Notes: a model not told the origin generated them from the sequence alone. A stretch of DNA of 64,000 nt from Obrimoposthia wandeli (GCA_977020255.1 CDROCS010000998.1:1-64000), one strand, 5' to 3'. Shown: positions 42,319 through 51,625, numbered from the stretch's first letter. Translations and numbers: made by a program.

Positions 42319-43182
42319 ATGAGTATGGCAATAGACCCAGTATATAAGTTCATGAGTGGGGAGTGCTTCCATCTCAAAGGCTTACGAGAAAACACTGTGT
42401 GGTTTTCTAGCGTTAAAGATTTAAATGATCCCTATGAAGGGCGTGTGAGTCTAAAACATAATGATGTATCACTAATTGACAGAAAACTAGCCCTAACTCA
42501 TGTTTTTGACGAGGAAAATAAAGACCTAAAGAAATCTCGTAAGGAAGTTGAATCATTCCTAAAAAGAGTAGGTATGGATAAATTCAATGAGCATGTAGAA
42601 AAAAACACGAAGAGGCACTTTGAGGATTTTTTAACGTTTCACCATGAGCAACGTCACGTGCTCTCGTTATCTCGAGCGAGTGAGCTATTAAACGAAAACC
42701 CTATACCAAAGCCTCTTAGTCTAATGATGATGTGGGGGCATTATGCCAACGGCTTTAGAGGTATGTGTGTTGAGTATGACTATCACGAGCTAGTCAGAAG
42801 TATCAATGTATTAAACAATATCGCAGTATCTGCTAAGACGGTTGATTATGTTGAAGGAACTCTCCCAATAATAGAAACTAAAACTATCCTTGATGACATA
42901 GTTTATAAAAACGGGAACACTTCGAGAGAAATACTCAGAGCTTACTGTACCAAGCACAAGGCTTGGGATTATGAAAATGAAGTCAGGGTTATTAGTCCGC
43001 TTCACGGAGTTAACAGACATAGTGAAAAGAGTATTAACAGAGTCTTTGTTTCAGACCAAAACCCTGCATTAATAAAAAAGGTCAAGAGCATCCTTAAAAC
43101 CAAAAAACAAAAACCTGAGTTACTGAAAGTTTCATTACATAAGAAAGAGTTTGGCTTCTACTTTAAGACCATTGAATACTAA
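42319..43182 (+). CDS. DUF2971-family protein
   Basis: WFSS...LNDPYEG, MWGHYA....GMCVEYD, K...WDYENEVR motifs. Confidence 0.8.
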   Translation: MSMAIDPVYKFMSGECFHLKGLRENTVWFSSVKDLNDPYEGRVSLKHNDVSLIDRKLALTHVFDEENKDLKKSRKEVESFLKRVGMDKFNEHVEKNTKRHFEDFLTFHHEQRHVLSLSRASELLNENPIPKPLSLMMMWGHYANGFRGMCVEYDYHELVRSINVLNNIAVSAKTVDYVEGTLPIIETKTILDDIVYKNGNTSREILRAYCTKHKAWDYENEVRVISPLHGVNRHSEKSINRVFVSDQNPALIKKVKSILKTKKQKPELLKVSLHKKEFGFYFKTIEY

Positions 43183-43514
43183 AGGAAGAACTGATTTTTC
43201 TCGAGTCTGTAGATACGTTACAGGCATGAAAAAAATTAATCAAATGATGATTTAGTGAAATGGGGCTTAAACAGCCGCGAACTTGATGTTTTGGGGCACT
43301 TCCATGTCAGCAGGGATCGCGCTGAAACGTATCTGGACAAAAACAATTTGGGTACATTGATCTTACCGATTTCAATCAGATTAGAGAAAGTACCTTGAAT
43401 CCTAAAACATTCGTTGGCTGCGTTCTAATTTGATGAGAGATACAAAGAAATGACTAACGATAAACCAAAATCTTGTGATTAAGGTTTGAAAAGCTGACAA
43501 CTATTTAAGTGGAA

Positions 43515-43766
43515 TTAAACTAATAAACTTAGGTAGAAGCCTAAAGAGCTTTCGCCCTCTAAACTTAACCCTGCACCTACACCAGTAGCTACGACACCTG
43601 CACAAACCGCACTCACCCCATTTAATAATGAAGCCAATAGTACTCTTACGTTTTGCATCACTCTTTCCATAAAGCCACCTTTTATTCCCATTGTCGTTAC
43701 GTTCAATAAACTAGCGAAGTAGTTACATACAATAATTATCAATGTGAGAGCGGTTATTATGTCCAC
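43515..43766 (-). CDS. Small hydrophobic hypothetical protein
   Basis: ORF track only; start uncertain. Confidence 0.3.
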   Translation of the reverse strand: MDIITALTLIIIVCNYFASLLNVTTMGIKGGFMERVMQNVRVLLASLLNGVSAVCAGVVATGVGAGLSLEGESSLGFYLSLLV

Positions 43767-43767
43767 A

Positions 43768-43796
43768 GTGCCGAGCTGAAGAATCGAACTCCAGAC
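43768..43796 (-). other. tRNA 3'-half relic (att-like)
   Basis: GTC-TGGAG-TTCGATT-CTTCA-GCTCGGC-AC: T stem/loop, acceptor 3' strand and discriminator; no 5' half. Confidence 0.6.
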
Positions 43797-43855
43797 TTCT
43801 GCCTAAATTTACTTACACCAAAACAATAACTTAAAAATCAATCATTCGCAATAGT

Positions 43856-43979
43856 AGTTAACGCCTTGTAAGGGGGAGCAACACAATACCGAGGTTGTAC
43901 AACCACCTTAAACACTTAGCCCGCCGCATAATAACAACGCCACGCGTTGTGAATCACTTTTGGACAAAATGTGTCATGG
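43856..43979 (+). repeat. Degenerate Vibrionaceae integron attC site
   Basis: 124-bp imperfect palindrome TAACGCCTTG.AAGGGG.GAGCAAC...ACCACCTTAAACACT...CGCATA...GCCACGCGTTG.GAATCAC...GTCATG, close to Vibrio superintegron repeats as I know them; R' GTT changed to GTC. Confidence 0.7.
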
Positions 43980-44024
43980 ATTTTGCTAATTTATAAATAA
44001 CTACAGGTATGGCAAATCGTGTAG

Positions 44025-44053
44025 TTGGTGCTTACAACCTTACATTGTAGAAT
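44025..44053 (+). promoter_or_regulatory. Putative sigma70 promoter for the ATPase-HNH pair
   Basis: TTGGTG-17 nt-TAGAAT. Confidence 0.4.
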
Positions 44054-44071
44054 ATCAATCAGGCTCATAAT

Positions 44072-45313
44072 TTGGTTAAAGGCATGATCGAATCAATAGA
44101 CTTCAAATTGATTGGCACTAGCGATAAGCGTGTTAGCACGACGTTAAGTGGCAAAAACCTGATAATCACAGGTGAAAACGGCTGCGGCAAAACTCGCTTC
44201 CTGCGTCAATTGCACCAATACCTACAACAATTCTTCAATAGGCAAATACAGCCTAGGGAAGTAATTCAACAACAACTAGAGAGTACTCGACGGGCGTTAG
44301 AACAGGCTAGCGTATCTCATAGAAACTATAATTCGTACGCTCAAAATATTAAGTCGTATGAACAGCAGCTAGAGCGTCTATCTAACGAAAATATGGTGTT
44401 CAGCGGTCCTGATGCTCTGTTCGAATTGGTTAACAACAAGCAATTCATCCTTCGATTTTTCGAAGCAAATCGACTTGCCAGCAACATTGCTAGTAACGGT
44501 CAGATTGAAAGCATATCTAATATCAAAAATACTGCTCAGTCCCAAAACTTCGAACAAGATTCAAGTAATCAGTTCGAAAAATATCTAGTCAGTTATTACA
44601 ACTACGGTTCGCATGTAATTGCTCGTGAAAATAATCCTGAGAAAGAGCAACAAATCAACGCATGGTTCGAGAAAGTACAAAATGACTTACGTGACCTGTT
44701 TGAAGATCATGAATTAATCCTTCAATACAACCCAGAAGAACAAGCCTTCTACATTCACCAAGAAGGCAAAGATCCATATCGTTTTAGCACATTGTCTTCT
44801 GGCTATAGTTCGATTCTAAGCATTTATGCTGATTTGCTTATGACAGTTGAGTTGCGTGACATACCAGCGGAAGACATCACTGGTTTCGTTTTAATTGATG
44901 AAATTGATGCGCATCTGCATGTATCAATTCAAAGAAAAATCTTCTCGTTCTTTGACAAGGCTTTCCCAAAGATTCAATTCATCATAACTACGCATTCACC
45001 TTTCGTAGTTCAATCAGTGAATAATTCGATAATCTATGACCTGAGTAAACTTGAACCACTAAAAGATCTTTCTATGTACTCATATGAGTCCATCCTAAAA
45101 GGGTTACTAGGTGTTGAAAGCACATCCGATATATTAAACGCTCAACTGGATGAAATGGCTGAAATCATTAACCAAGATCCAGTAAACACAGAGCGATTAA
45201 AGAAATTAATCGACTCAATAGAGCCGCATGAAGAGCAGTTAAACGCTCGTTCACGTGCATTCCTTTTACTTGGCAAGAATGCTCTTTTAGATTCAACCGA
45301 TGGTGAGGGGTAA
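44072..45313 (+). CDS. ABC/AAA ATPase, PtuA (Septu)-like
   Basis: GENGCGKT (Walker A), LSSGY signature, VLIDEIDAHLH (Walker B/D-loop), TTHSPF. Confidence 0.85.
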   Translation: MVKGMIESIDFKLIGTSDKRVSTTLSGKNLIITGENGCGKTRFLRQLHQYLQQFFNRQIQPREVIQQQLESTRRALEQASVSHRNYNSYAQNIKSYEQQLERLSNENMVFSGPDALFELVNNKQFILRFFEANRLASNIASNGQIESISNIKNTAQSQNFEQDSSNQFEKYLVSYYNYGSHVIARENNPEKEQQINAWFEKVQNDLRDLFEDHELILQYNPEEQAFYIHQEGKDPYRFSTLSSGYSSILSIYADLLMTVELRDIPAEDITGFVLIDEIDAHLHVSIQRKIFSFFDKAFPKIQFIITTHSPFVVQSVNNSIIYDLSKLEPLKDLSMYSYESILKGLLGVESTSDILNAQLDEMAEIINQDPVNTERLKKLIDSIEPHEEQLNARSRAFLLLGKNALLDSTDGEG

Positions 45314-45317
45314 TTAA

Positions 45318-45983
45318 ATGTTCAATGTTGTTCGAACATACCCTGAACCCCCAAGCATCGCTAAGAACGAGTACAACAAAGAGGACGTGCTCAAGAAACT
45401 CAGACCGATGTTCTTCGATAAGTGCTACCTATGTGAACGAGATGATATTCAAGATGTAGAAGTAGAGCACTTCATCCCACACAAAAAAGATACAGTACTG
45501 AAATACAATTGGGAGAACCTGTATTACTCATGTTCTCGATGCAATAGCATCAAAAGTAGTACACACATTAATCTATTAGATTGTGCTAATCGTTTCTACG
45601 ATGTTAGTGCAATGATTAAGTGCTTGATGCCTTCTACGCCTGATGGAGACGTTCAAGTTTCGGCAACTAGTGCAAACCCATGCACTCAAACAGAAAATAC
45701 TGTGACGTTGCTTGAGGCTTGCTACAACTTAGATAACACGGCTCTTCGAGGTATCAGTCGTGAAACTCTGATGGAGCAAACGTGGGATCATTACACGGAA
45801 TTACTTAATGCGAGGCAGGTACTTCGTAATAAGCGAACAGGACGCACAGATAAACAAAAGGCAGAAGAAACATTTGAAGCAATGCTTGATGTAAAATTTC
45901 CATTTTCTATCTTTTGGCGGTATTACTACCTGAACGATTCTTTTCTTATACGGAATTACCCTCAATTAAGAGTTGGGTTTTAA
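45318..45983 (+). CDS. HNH endonuclease, PtuB (Septu)-like
   Basis: CYLCE...EVEHFIPH...WENLYYSCSRCNSIK; 4 nt after the ATPase stop. Confidence 0.85.
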   Translation: MFNVVRTYPEPPSIAKNEYNKEDVLKKLRPMFFDKCYLCERDDIQDVEVEHFIPHKKDTVLKYNWENLYYSCSRCNSIKSSTHINLLDCANRFYDVSAMIKCLMPSTPDGDVQVSATSANPCTQTENTVTLLEACYNLDNTALRGISRETLMEQTWDHYTELLNARQVLRNKRTGRTDKQKAEETFEAMLDVKFPFSIFWRYYYLNDSFLIRNYPQLRVGF

Positions 45984-45985
45984 AC

Positions 45986-46012
45986 AAAGGAGTCAATATT
46001 GGCTCCTTTTTT
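45986..46012 (+). terminator. Intrinsic terminator after HNH gene
   Basis: AAAGGAGTC-AATATT-GGCTCCTTTTTT. Confidence 0.7.
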
Positions 46013-46240
46013 ATCCATTCGGGTAACTTTTAGTAAGGCTAGTACACACTAACAGAATGTAAATGAGTAAAAGCACTAGATAGCTTCGAGGCAGGAACGT
46101 GTCAGACAGGATTCACTGACACACCCCTAACCCCACATTGGTACACGCCGTTTAAACCTTTCCCAAAACGTTTAACCCTTTCCCGCCCACACGGTTGCAC
46201 CAGAAATTAATTCAATCGCTTGGTTTGAGATATAGGGGCT

Positions 46241-46699
46241 TTAGTCTGCGGTAAGAAAGTTACCCATGATCTGATAAATTTTATCTGTATCTGCATCTGA
46301 AACACCTAACCATGGCCTTGCGGGTATGGCGGCGAGGTGCGGTAACATATCTTCTTTGCCACCGTAGTGATGGATTGCGCCGTATTCTAGCGGGGTGCCG
46401 AAGCTGAGCCCTTGACCGTCATTCCAGTAGTTGAGACTTTGGCGCAGGTGGTTGTTTAGTACCAGAATGAGATCGCTGTCGGCGGGCTTGCTGCGCTGGT
46501 AGTCTGGACTGAGAGGTTGCCATGACTCCCCTTCTGGCGACTGTTGCAACCGCCAACGTTGTTGATGGACGGTTAACAGGTAGTCGCCGATTTGCTGATA
46601 CAGCGGCTGGAGGCTTTCTGTTTTTTTTATTATGGCGTTCAGTTTGCGCCGAGGCGACTGCATGGCTGGCAAGGTGATGGCAAACGTTGAATTGCTCAT
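46241..46699 (-). CDS. Mu gpG-like virion morphogenesis protein
   Basis: QQSPEGESWQPLS, YGAIHHYGG, IPARPWLGVS motifs. Confidence 0.92.
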   Translation of the reverse strand: MSNSTFAITLPAMQSPRRKLNAIIKKTESLQPLYQQIGDYLLTVHQQRWRLQQSPEGESWQPLSPDYQRSKPADSDLILVLNNHLRQSLNYWNDGQGLSFGTPLEYGAIHHYGGKEDMLPHLAAIPARPWLGVSDADTDKIYQIMGNFLTAD

Positions 46700-48027
46700 A
46701 CTTTGTGGCTCTTGTTTGGTGGGGTGGATGCATCGTTACTGTTTGGGTTTTGACCTGATTTGAGTTGGCCTAATATGACCTCCCCTTCTTTTGCGACGGG
46801 AATGTTGGTTTTTTGATGCAGCCAACTTTGCGGTATTCGCATCCCAAGCCCGACTAAGCCAGGCAAAGCAGTCGATAACATTTGGATGTCTTCGGCTTCG
46901 GTGAGATCAAATTCAAAGCGGGGAATACGGTGGCGATTGCGATAGCTTTTGCCATTTAAGGCATACAGCGGGAACACTAAATCTCGGGTTAAGGTGGCGG
47001 CGATACGCTTAAGATCGAAATCTCGGATTTCTTCGCGCACTTCGTTATGCACGTTACCTAGTGCATTGGTGCTGGTTTTGCCGTCGGCTTGACTGGTGAG
47101 GGTGCCACCTAGAATGGCTTTTGACTGGGATTTTTCACACCAGTTGACCATTGCCATGAAGGGATCGCTGGCACCATCGGCGGCATTCTGAAAATCGATA
47201 TCCATGCCTTTGGGGATAATGCCACCCGCATTATGACCAATCGACATGACAGCCCGTAGTAAAGTGGATTTCTCGCGTTCGGTCGCCCCTTCTGGGTATT
47301 TTCCTAACCGAATGGGTAAGCCGTAAATTTCTAAGAATTCAGCTAAATCACGAATACTGTAGTTTTTGAATAAGAATGGCCATGCCAGCACCCGCACCAG
47401 ACCACGGCGGCTTAGATAACCTGACTTGGCTTTGGCGGTGTGGGATATCCAGCCAAACGGGTTCAGCTCGGCTCCTTCATGGCTGCCATCACGTAGGCGC
47501 AGCTGGTTGCGGTTATCTGGATGGGTTTGAAACCACGATGGATCACGGTGGTCGTAGCCGGTGACGCTGTGCATTCCTTCGATTATTTCCCATTTCAGTT
47601 CGAGATTTGAAAAGGTTTTAAGGGTGGCATCGGCCATGTCAAACAAGGCATCTTCTAACCACGTTGCATCTTCGAGTAGCTCTTGCAGCATGTCTGCATC
47701 GCGCTGTTCTTCTGCTGTGGCATTGCGCGGCGGGCGGATGTTCCAATCGATATTAAGCAGGGCCATTTTGCGTTTTGCCAGCTCTGACTGAATATGGGCG
47801 TCTTTTTCTTCCATGTCTTCGGCTAGCTCGCACTGGGCGATTAAATCGCCGTCTTCGGCGCGTTTCATGATGCCTGCCAGTTTCGCTGGCGTAAGCCCTG
47901 ATGAAGGATGCCCGGCAAAGTGGCGTTTAAGCTCGCTGAGTTTGGCATCGCTGTCGGTTTGCTGCTCGTCTAGATCGGCCGTCTCTATTTGACGGCCCCA
48001 TAAATCTACAATTGGTGATGTTGCCAT
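46696..48027 (-). CDS. Portal protein (Mu gp29/DUF935)
   Basis: HPSSGLTPAKL, MEEKDAHI.SEL.KRK, FLEIYGLP.RLGKY, SKAILGGTLTS; 443 aa from ATG 48027. Confidence 0.92.
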   Translation of the reverse strand: MATSPIVDLWGRQIETADLDEQQTDSDAKLSELKRHFAGHPSSGLTPAKLAGIMKRAEDGDLIAQCELAEDMEEKDAHIQSELAKRKMALLNIDWNIRPPRNATAEEQRDADMLQELLEDATWLEDALFDMADATLKTFSNLELKWEIIEGMHSVTGYDHRDPSWFQTHPDNRNQLRLRDGSHEGAELNPFGWISHTAKAKSGYLSRRGLVRVLAWPFLFKNYSIRDLAEFLEIYGLPIRLGKYPEGATEREKSTLLRAVMSIGHNAGGIIPKGMDIDFQNAADGASDPFMAMVNWCEKSQSKAILGGTLTSQADGKTSTNALGNVHNEVREEIRDFDLKRIAATLTRDLVFPLYALNGKSYRNRHRIPRFEFDLTEAEDIQMLSTALPGLVGLGMRIPQSWLHQKTNIPVAKEGEVILGQLKSGQNPNSNDASTPPNKSHKV

Positions 48028-48053
48028 GTTCTTAATCCTTGAATATCGGCCTT

Positions 48054-49634
48054 CTAATAACAACCCTGATCGAAGGCGTGCCCTTGTTCATGCAACAAAT
48101 CTGCATACAGATCATCGTCTTCGGTCAGTTCGCCTTTGGCGGGTAGTGGTGTAAATTCAATCGCGGCCCCGTCCATCCAGCTGGCACGAATAGCCATCGC
48201 CAAGCCCACTGCAAAGTCACCGTGACGCTGTTTGCCGTCTTGGCCTTTGCTTTTGCCTTTGTCGATTTTGGGCACGCCGTTGATCACCTGAATGTGGCTG
48301 AGGTCGTCTTTGATATCTTCATGTCGGGGTAAATCGAGATTCAAATCTTCAAATTCGGCTTTAAGCTTTGGCATCCATTCGCGATACCACGGGTCGTTGA
48401 GCGAAACTTGATCGACCATTTCTGTGCCGTATTTAAGTGCGGCAGATTCTGCCAGATAGCCACCGTTACCTGTGGCATCGAAGGCCATTCCGCGTTTACG
48501 GGGCAGCGCTTCCAATAAGAAATGTAAGATTTGTCGCTGACCTTCATAGGTCATGTTGCGCAGCTCGACCACGAACGGGACATATTTGCTGAGGTTGGGA
48601 CGAATCCCTAATGGTACGAAGATGGACAAATCCCCTTTGCGGGCGAAATCTTCTCCGAACGAGTGCGAGTGACTGGTATCGAGTTTATCCAACTCTGGTT
48701 TTAAGACACGTTTACACCAGTCATCAACATGCGCTTTACGCTGACCGTCACTCCATTCCATAAAGCCTTTGGGGGCTTCGATGGTCAAAATATTAGGGCC
48801 GTGCTTCATCGCGGAATCAATCAATACAGAGGGAATATACTGACCACTGGATGCTTTGGGCACGCAGTAATACTCTTCTAGGGCATCATCTTCGGTGGCG
48901 GTATCGTTAAGCAGGTTGGCTTTCCATTCGTCTTCTTTTTGTTGCGACCACTCAATTTTTTGGATCTGGCAAATACGCTGATAAAGCCCTTCGGCACAGG
49001 CATCATCAAGGGTGATGGTGTGAACGCTATAGCGTTTTTTTCCTGCCCGTGAATCGTTAATCAGTGAGTTAAACAGGTTACTCACGCCATTGTGGGTACT
49101 GATTAAACGCACCTTTGCGCCCCACATGGTCAGTGCAAGTGCCGCTTTTAGTACTTCCGCTAGACGATCATGAAACGCGGCTTCATCGATGATAACGGTG
49201 CCTTGCATGCCCCGCAGGTTAGATGGGTTGGAGCTGAGTGCCTGAACTTTAAAGCCAGAATCGAAGTAGACGACAAAGGTTAAAATGTCTTTGTCTTCAT
49301 TGGTGAGCACTTCTTCTTGTACTTCACTGGCAACTTTATTAAACGCCTTGGCCCACATGGCCACCGCATCAATGAACTCTCGCGCCATCTCTTTATTAGA
49401 ACCAACATAAAACACGTTGCTGCCACCTTCCCCTTTGGCGGTGCCAGCGGTTAGTGATGAATCGGCAGCTTCGGCAAAGGTTAAGCCAGTACGGCGGGAT
49501 TTCTCGGCAATCTTTAGAACCGACTTATCTTCCATCCAGCGTTTCTGATAACCCAGCAACAATTCATTAGGGTCGAACGCATGAATAACAGCTTCAGTAA
49601 CATGGTTCAGCTCAGGTCGAAATACTTCGGTCAT
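48054..49634 (-). CDS. Terminase large subunit (Mu gp28-like)
   Basis: EKSRRTGLT (Walker A), VIIDEAAFH (Walker B), GEDFARKGDLS, HGDFAVG. Confidence 0.93.
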   Translation of the reverse strand: MTEVFRPELNHVTEAVIHAFDPNELLLGYQKRWMEDKSVLKIAEKSRRTGLTFAEAADSSLTAGTAKGEGGSNVFYVGSNKEMAREFIDAVAMWAKAFNKVASEVQEEVLTNEDKDILTFVVYFDSGFKVQALSSNPSNLRGMQGTVIIDEAAFHDRLAEVLKAALALTMWGAKVRLISTHNGVSNLFNSLINDSRAGKKRYSVHTITLDDACAEGLYQRICQIQKIEWSQQKEDEWKANLLNDTATEDDALEEYYCVPKASSGQYIPSVLIDSAMKHGPNILTIEAPKGFMEWSDGQRKAHVDDWCKRVLKPELDKLDTSHSHSFGEDFARKGDLSIFVPLGIRPNLSKYVPFVVELRNMTYEGQRQILHFLLEALPRKRGMAFDATGNGGYLAESAALKYGTEMVDQVSLNDPWYREWMPKLKAEFEDLNLDLPRHEDIKDDLSHIQVINGVPKIDKGKSKGQDGKQRHGDFAVGLAMAIRASWMDGAAIEFTPLPAKGELTEDDDLYADLLHEQGHAFDQGCY

Positions 49635-50215
49635 TAGACTATCCCCAGTATTTCTTTTTTGATGCTGGATACTGTTTCGGCGGTCATTCCGGCTTTTTTG
49701 GCGACGGTTTCCGCCACCTTGGCCGCTTCATCTGCAAAGGCTTTGCGAATTTCTTTTTCGCGCTTATGGCTAGACATTGCGGCACTTTCAAGACGCTGCG
49801 CGGCGAGCATGGCATCTTTAATCATACCGATATCGACTTCGCCGTCCTTTTCATTGGCGTTCATCATGGCTTTGAACAGTTGGGTGCGGCCAATTTCAAG
49901 GATGAGTTTGGATACTTCGCCTGTCGGTTTATCACCAAGCTGGGCCACCAGCGCTTGCGAGACTTCACGTACATCACGCAGGTCTTTACCAATGGCTTCC
50001 ATACGAGATGAATAACGATTTAAACCGCTACGGCTCGGTTTCAAATCTTCGGGTAAGCCTTGTTGTTCAATGTATTCATTCACGGCCTGCAGCACTTCTT
50101 GCTGGCTGTTTTTTCCATCACGCAGCAAGCCATCGAGCAGTTGTTTTACATCATCAGGCAACAAGTCGATTTTGCTGCGACGGCCACGGGTGGGGTTATC
50201 TGTTTTATCCGTCAT
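49634..50215 (-). CDS. Mu gp27-like small terminase (DUF3486)
   Basis: GRRSKIDLLP, SRSGLNRY motifs. Confidence 0.88.
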   Translation of the reverse strand: MTDKTDNPTRGRRSKIDLLPDDVKQLLDGLLRDGKNSQQEVLQAVNEYIEQQGLPEDLKPSRSGLNRYSSRMEAIGKDLRDVREVSQALVAQLGDKPTGEVSKLILEIGRTQLFKAMMNANEKDGEVDIGMIKDAMLAAQRLESAAMSSHKREKEIRKAFADEAAKVAETVAKKAGMTAETVSSIKKEILGIV

Positions 50216-50216
50216 A

Positions 50217-50513
50217 TCATTCCCCTGGTCGTGGCTTCTTAATTCCCGATACCTTTGCACGACCACTTGCCACATCTTCACCTCGCCCCGTTAAGGTCGC
50301 GATGTAAGTGGAACCTAGCTTTTCAAGTGTGACTAACCCTAGTTCACTCAACCATTCCAGCTCTGCTCGTAGTGCGTCTCGGCTAATATCTAAGCCATAG
50401 CGGTCTAAGCCATCTTGAATAATTGATTCATTCAAATCATATCCAGGTACTTCAGACAGCAAACGCAAAATGACAAGCCGCTGGTGCTCGCGCAGAATTT
50501 GAGTAATCGCCAT
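50217..50513 (-). CDS. Mu gp26-like winged-helix protein
   Basis: RL.ILRLL.E.PGY..NES, L.WL.E.GLV, G.DVA.GRA.V.GI..P.P. Confidence 0.85.
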   Translation of the reverse strand: MAITQILREHQRLVILRLLSEVPGYDLNESIIQDGLDRYGLDISRDALRAELEWLSELGLVTLEKLGSTYIATLTGRGEDVASGRAKVSGIKKPRPGE

Positions 50514-50851
50514 TATTTTTGCTCCTTTCTAAATTCGTTTTCGTACAACATGGCGAGGCGGTTTTCGATATTGCTTATCGAGCTTAAAATCGCTTCGTTT
50601 TGGGTGCTAACCTTGACTAAGCGGCGGTCGGTTTCGTGCCAATCGTCTTTCGATGGCGCTGCTGCGATCGCTTTTTCCACATCGGCTACACGATCTTCCA
50701 GTTTCTTCTGCTCTGCCTTTGTCGCGAAGCGGTTTGAAAGCCAGGCAAACACCCCAGCCCCAACAAGACCACCCGCCACTACCACAACGGGCCACCATGT
50801 TTTTATCAGTTCACCGTCCATGTTTACCTTTCTTTTCTTTAATCGTTTCAC
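50513..50851 (-). CDS. Mu gp25-like membrane protein (DUF2730)
   Basis: Single TM followed by RFATKAE...LE.RV..VE coiled coil. Confidence 0.75.
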   Translation of the reverse strand: MKRLKKRKVNMDGELIKTWWPVVVVAGGLVGAGVFAWLSNRFATKAEQKKLEDRVADVEKAIAAAPSKDDWHETDRRLVKVSTQNEAILSSISNIENRLAMLYENEFRKEQK

Positions 50852-51038
50852 ACGGCACGCATCGCACGGCCTCTGGCGTTTTTTCTGTCCGCCTTGGATC
50901 TATCTTGCTTGTACAACCTAAGCAATAACGCCCCAATTCATCTTCGTCTGGTATTTCCACCGGCTTGCGCTGACGATGAATGCAGTCGGCAATATAGATA
51001 TCTGTTTCTACTGCAGCCCGATCAACTAAATCTGACAT
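50811..51038 (-). CDS. TraR/DksA C4-type zinc-finger protein
   Basis: D.VDRA...CLGC...I...R....P....C..C. Confidence 0.88.
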   Translation of the reverse strand: MSDLVDRAAVETDIYIADCIHRQRKPVEIPDEDELGRYCLGCTSKIDPRRTEKTPEAVRCVPCETIKEKKGKHGR

Positions 51039-51076
51039 GCTCTATTCCTTGTGTCGCTACGCCTTAAATAGCCAGC

Positions 51077-51625
51077 CTACGTGGCTGTTCCCTGACCTTT
51101 TTCTCGGTGGCGAATACCCATATAGGCCGTTGCCAACGCGAACATGAACCCTGTGATAACCATGTCGGGTCCATCGCCTTTTCCAAATGCCTGCAGTGCT
51201 TCAGATCCAATCACGTAAATCGAACCAGAAATAGCACTGATATAGGCCAGATTCGGGCGGCATGCGGCCACTTTTTTACTTTGTGATTTATCGCCAACCT
51301 GAATGGTTTGCTGTCCGGTCGCGAAAATGGTTTCTTCATGCTCTAGCTGGCGGGCTTCGCGTTCGGCTTCAATTTTTGCCAGTTCGACCTGCACCTTACC
51401 CATGCGTTCTAGCTCTTGTGGCGATAGCTTATTCAGCTCGTTGACCACGTGCTTTTGCTTCACTTCAAACGGGGCGATGGATTTGTCGATCTGCTCAATT
51501 TTGTCGGCCATTCGCACTGCAGTTTCGCTGGCACTGTCGCCAAACATTCCACCGACGGTTTTGATCAATGTCGGCCCAGCTGAGAGCAGTGTTTTTGCTA
51601 ATCCGAAAATGGTGAATGGGTCCAT
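51077..51625 (-). CDS. Holin (3TM type)
   Basis: Follows the putative endolysin; RPNLAYIS and AYMGIRHREK C-terminal motifs. Confidence 0.7.
   Translation of the reverse strand: MDPFTIFGLAKTLLSAGPTLIKTVGGMFGDSASETAVRMADKIEQIDKSIAPFEVKQKHVVNELNKLSPQELERMGKVQVELAKIEAEREARQLEHEETIFATGQQTIQVGDKSQSKKVAACRPNLAYISAISGSIYVIGSEALQAFGKGDGPDMVITGFMFALATAYMGIRHREKGQGTAT

Noticed and set aside
43220-43500. Additional cargo gene between DUF2971 and the tRNA relic
   Set aside because: Only short interrupted frames with no recognisable motif; probably a decayed fragment.
43768-43860. Intact tRNA gene
   Set aside because: Only the T-arm and acceptor 3' strand are present; no D-arm, anticodon arm or 5' strand.
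42075-43993. Functional integron
   Set aside because: No integrase or attI; the attC cores are mutated or truncated.
44072-45983. Retron (Ec78-type) system
   Set aside because: PtuA/PtuB-like genes are present, but I found no reverse transcriptase (no YADD/YxDD ORF) or msr-msd inverted repeat nearby.
38300-46200. Anti-CRISPR/aca locus at the G-I hotspot
   Set aside because: The position matches the D3112 acr locus, but there are no small acidic ORFs with an HTH aca gene; the cargo genes are large enzyme-like genes.
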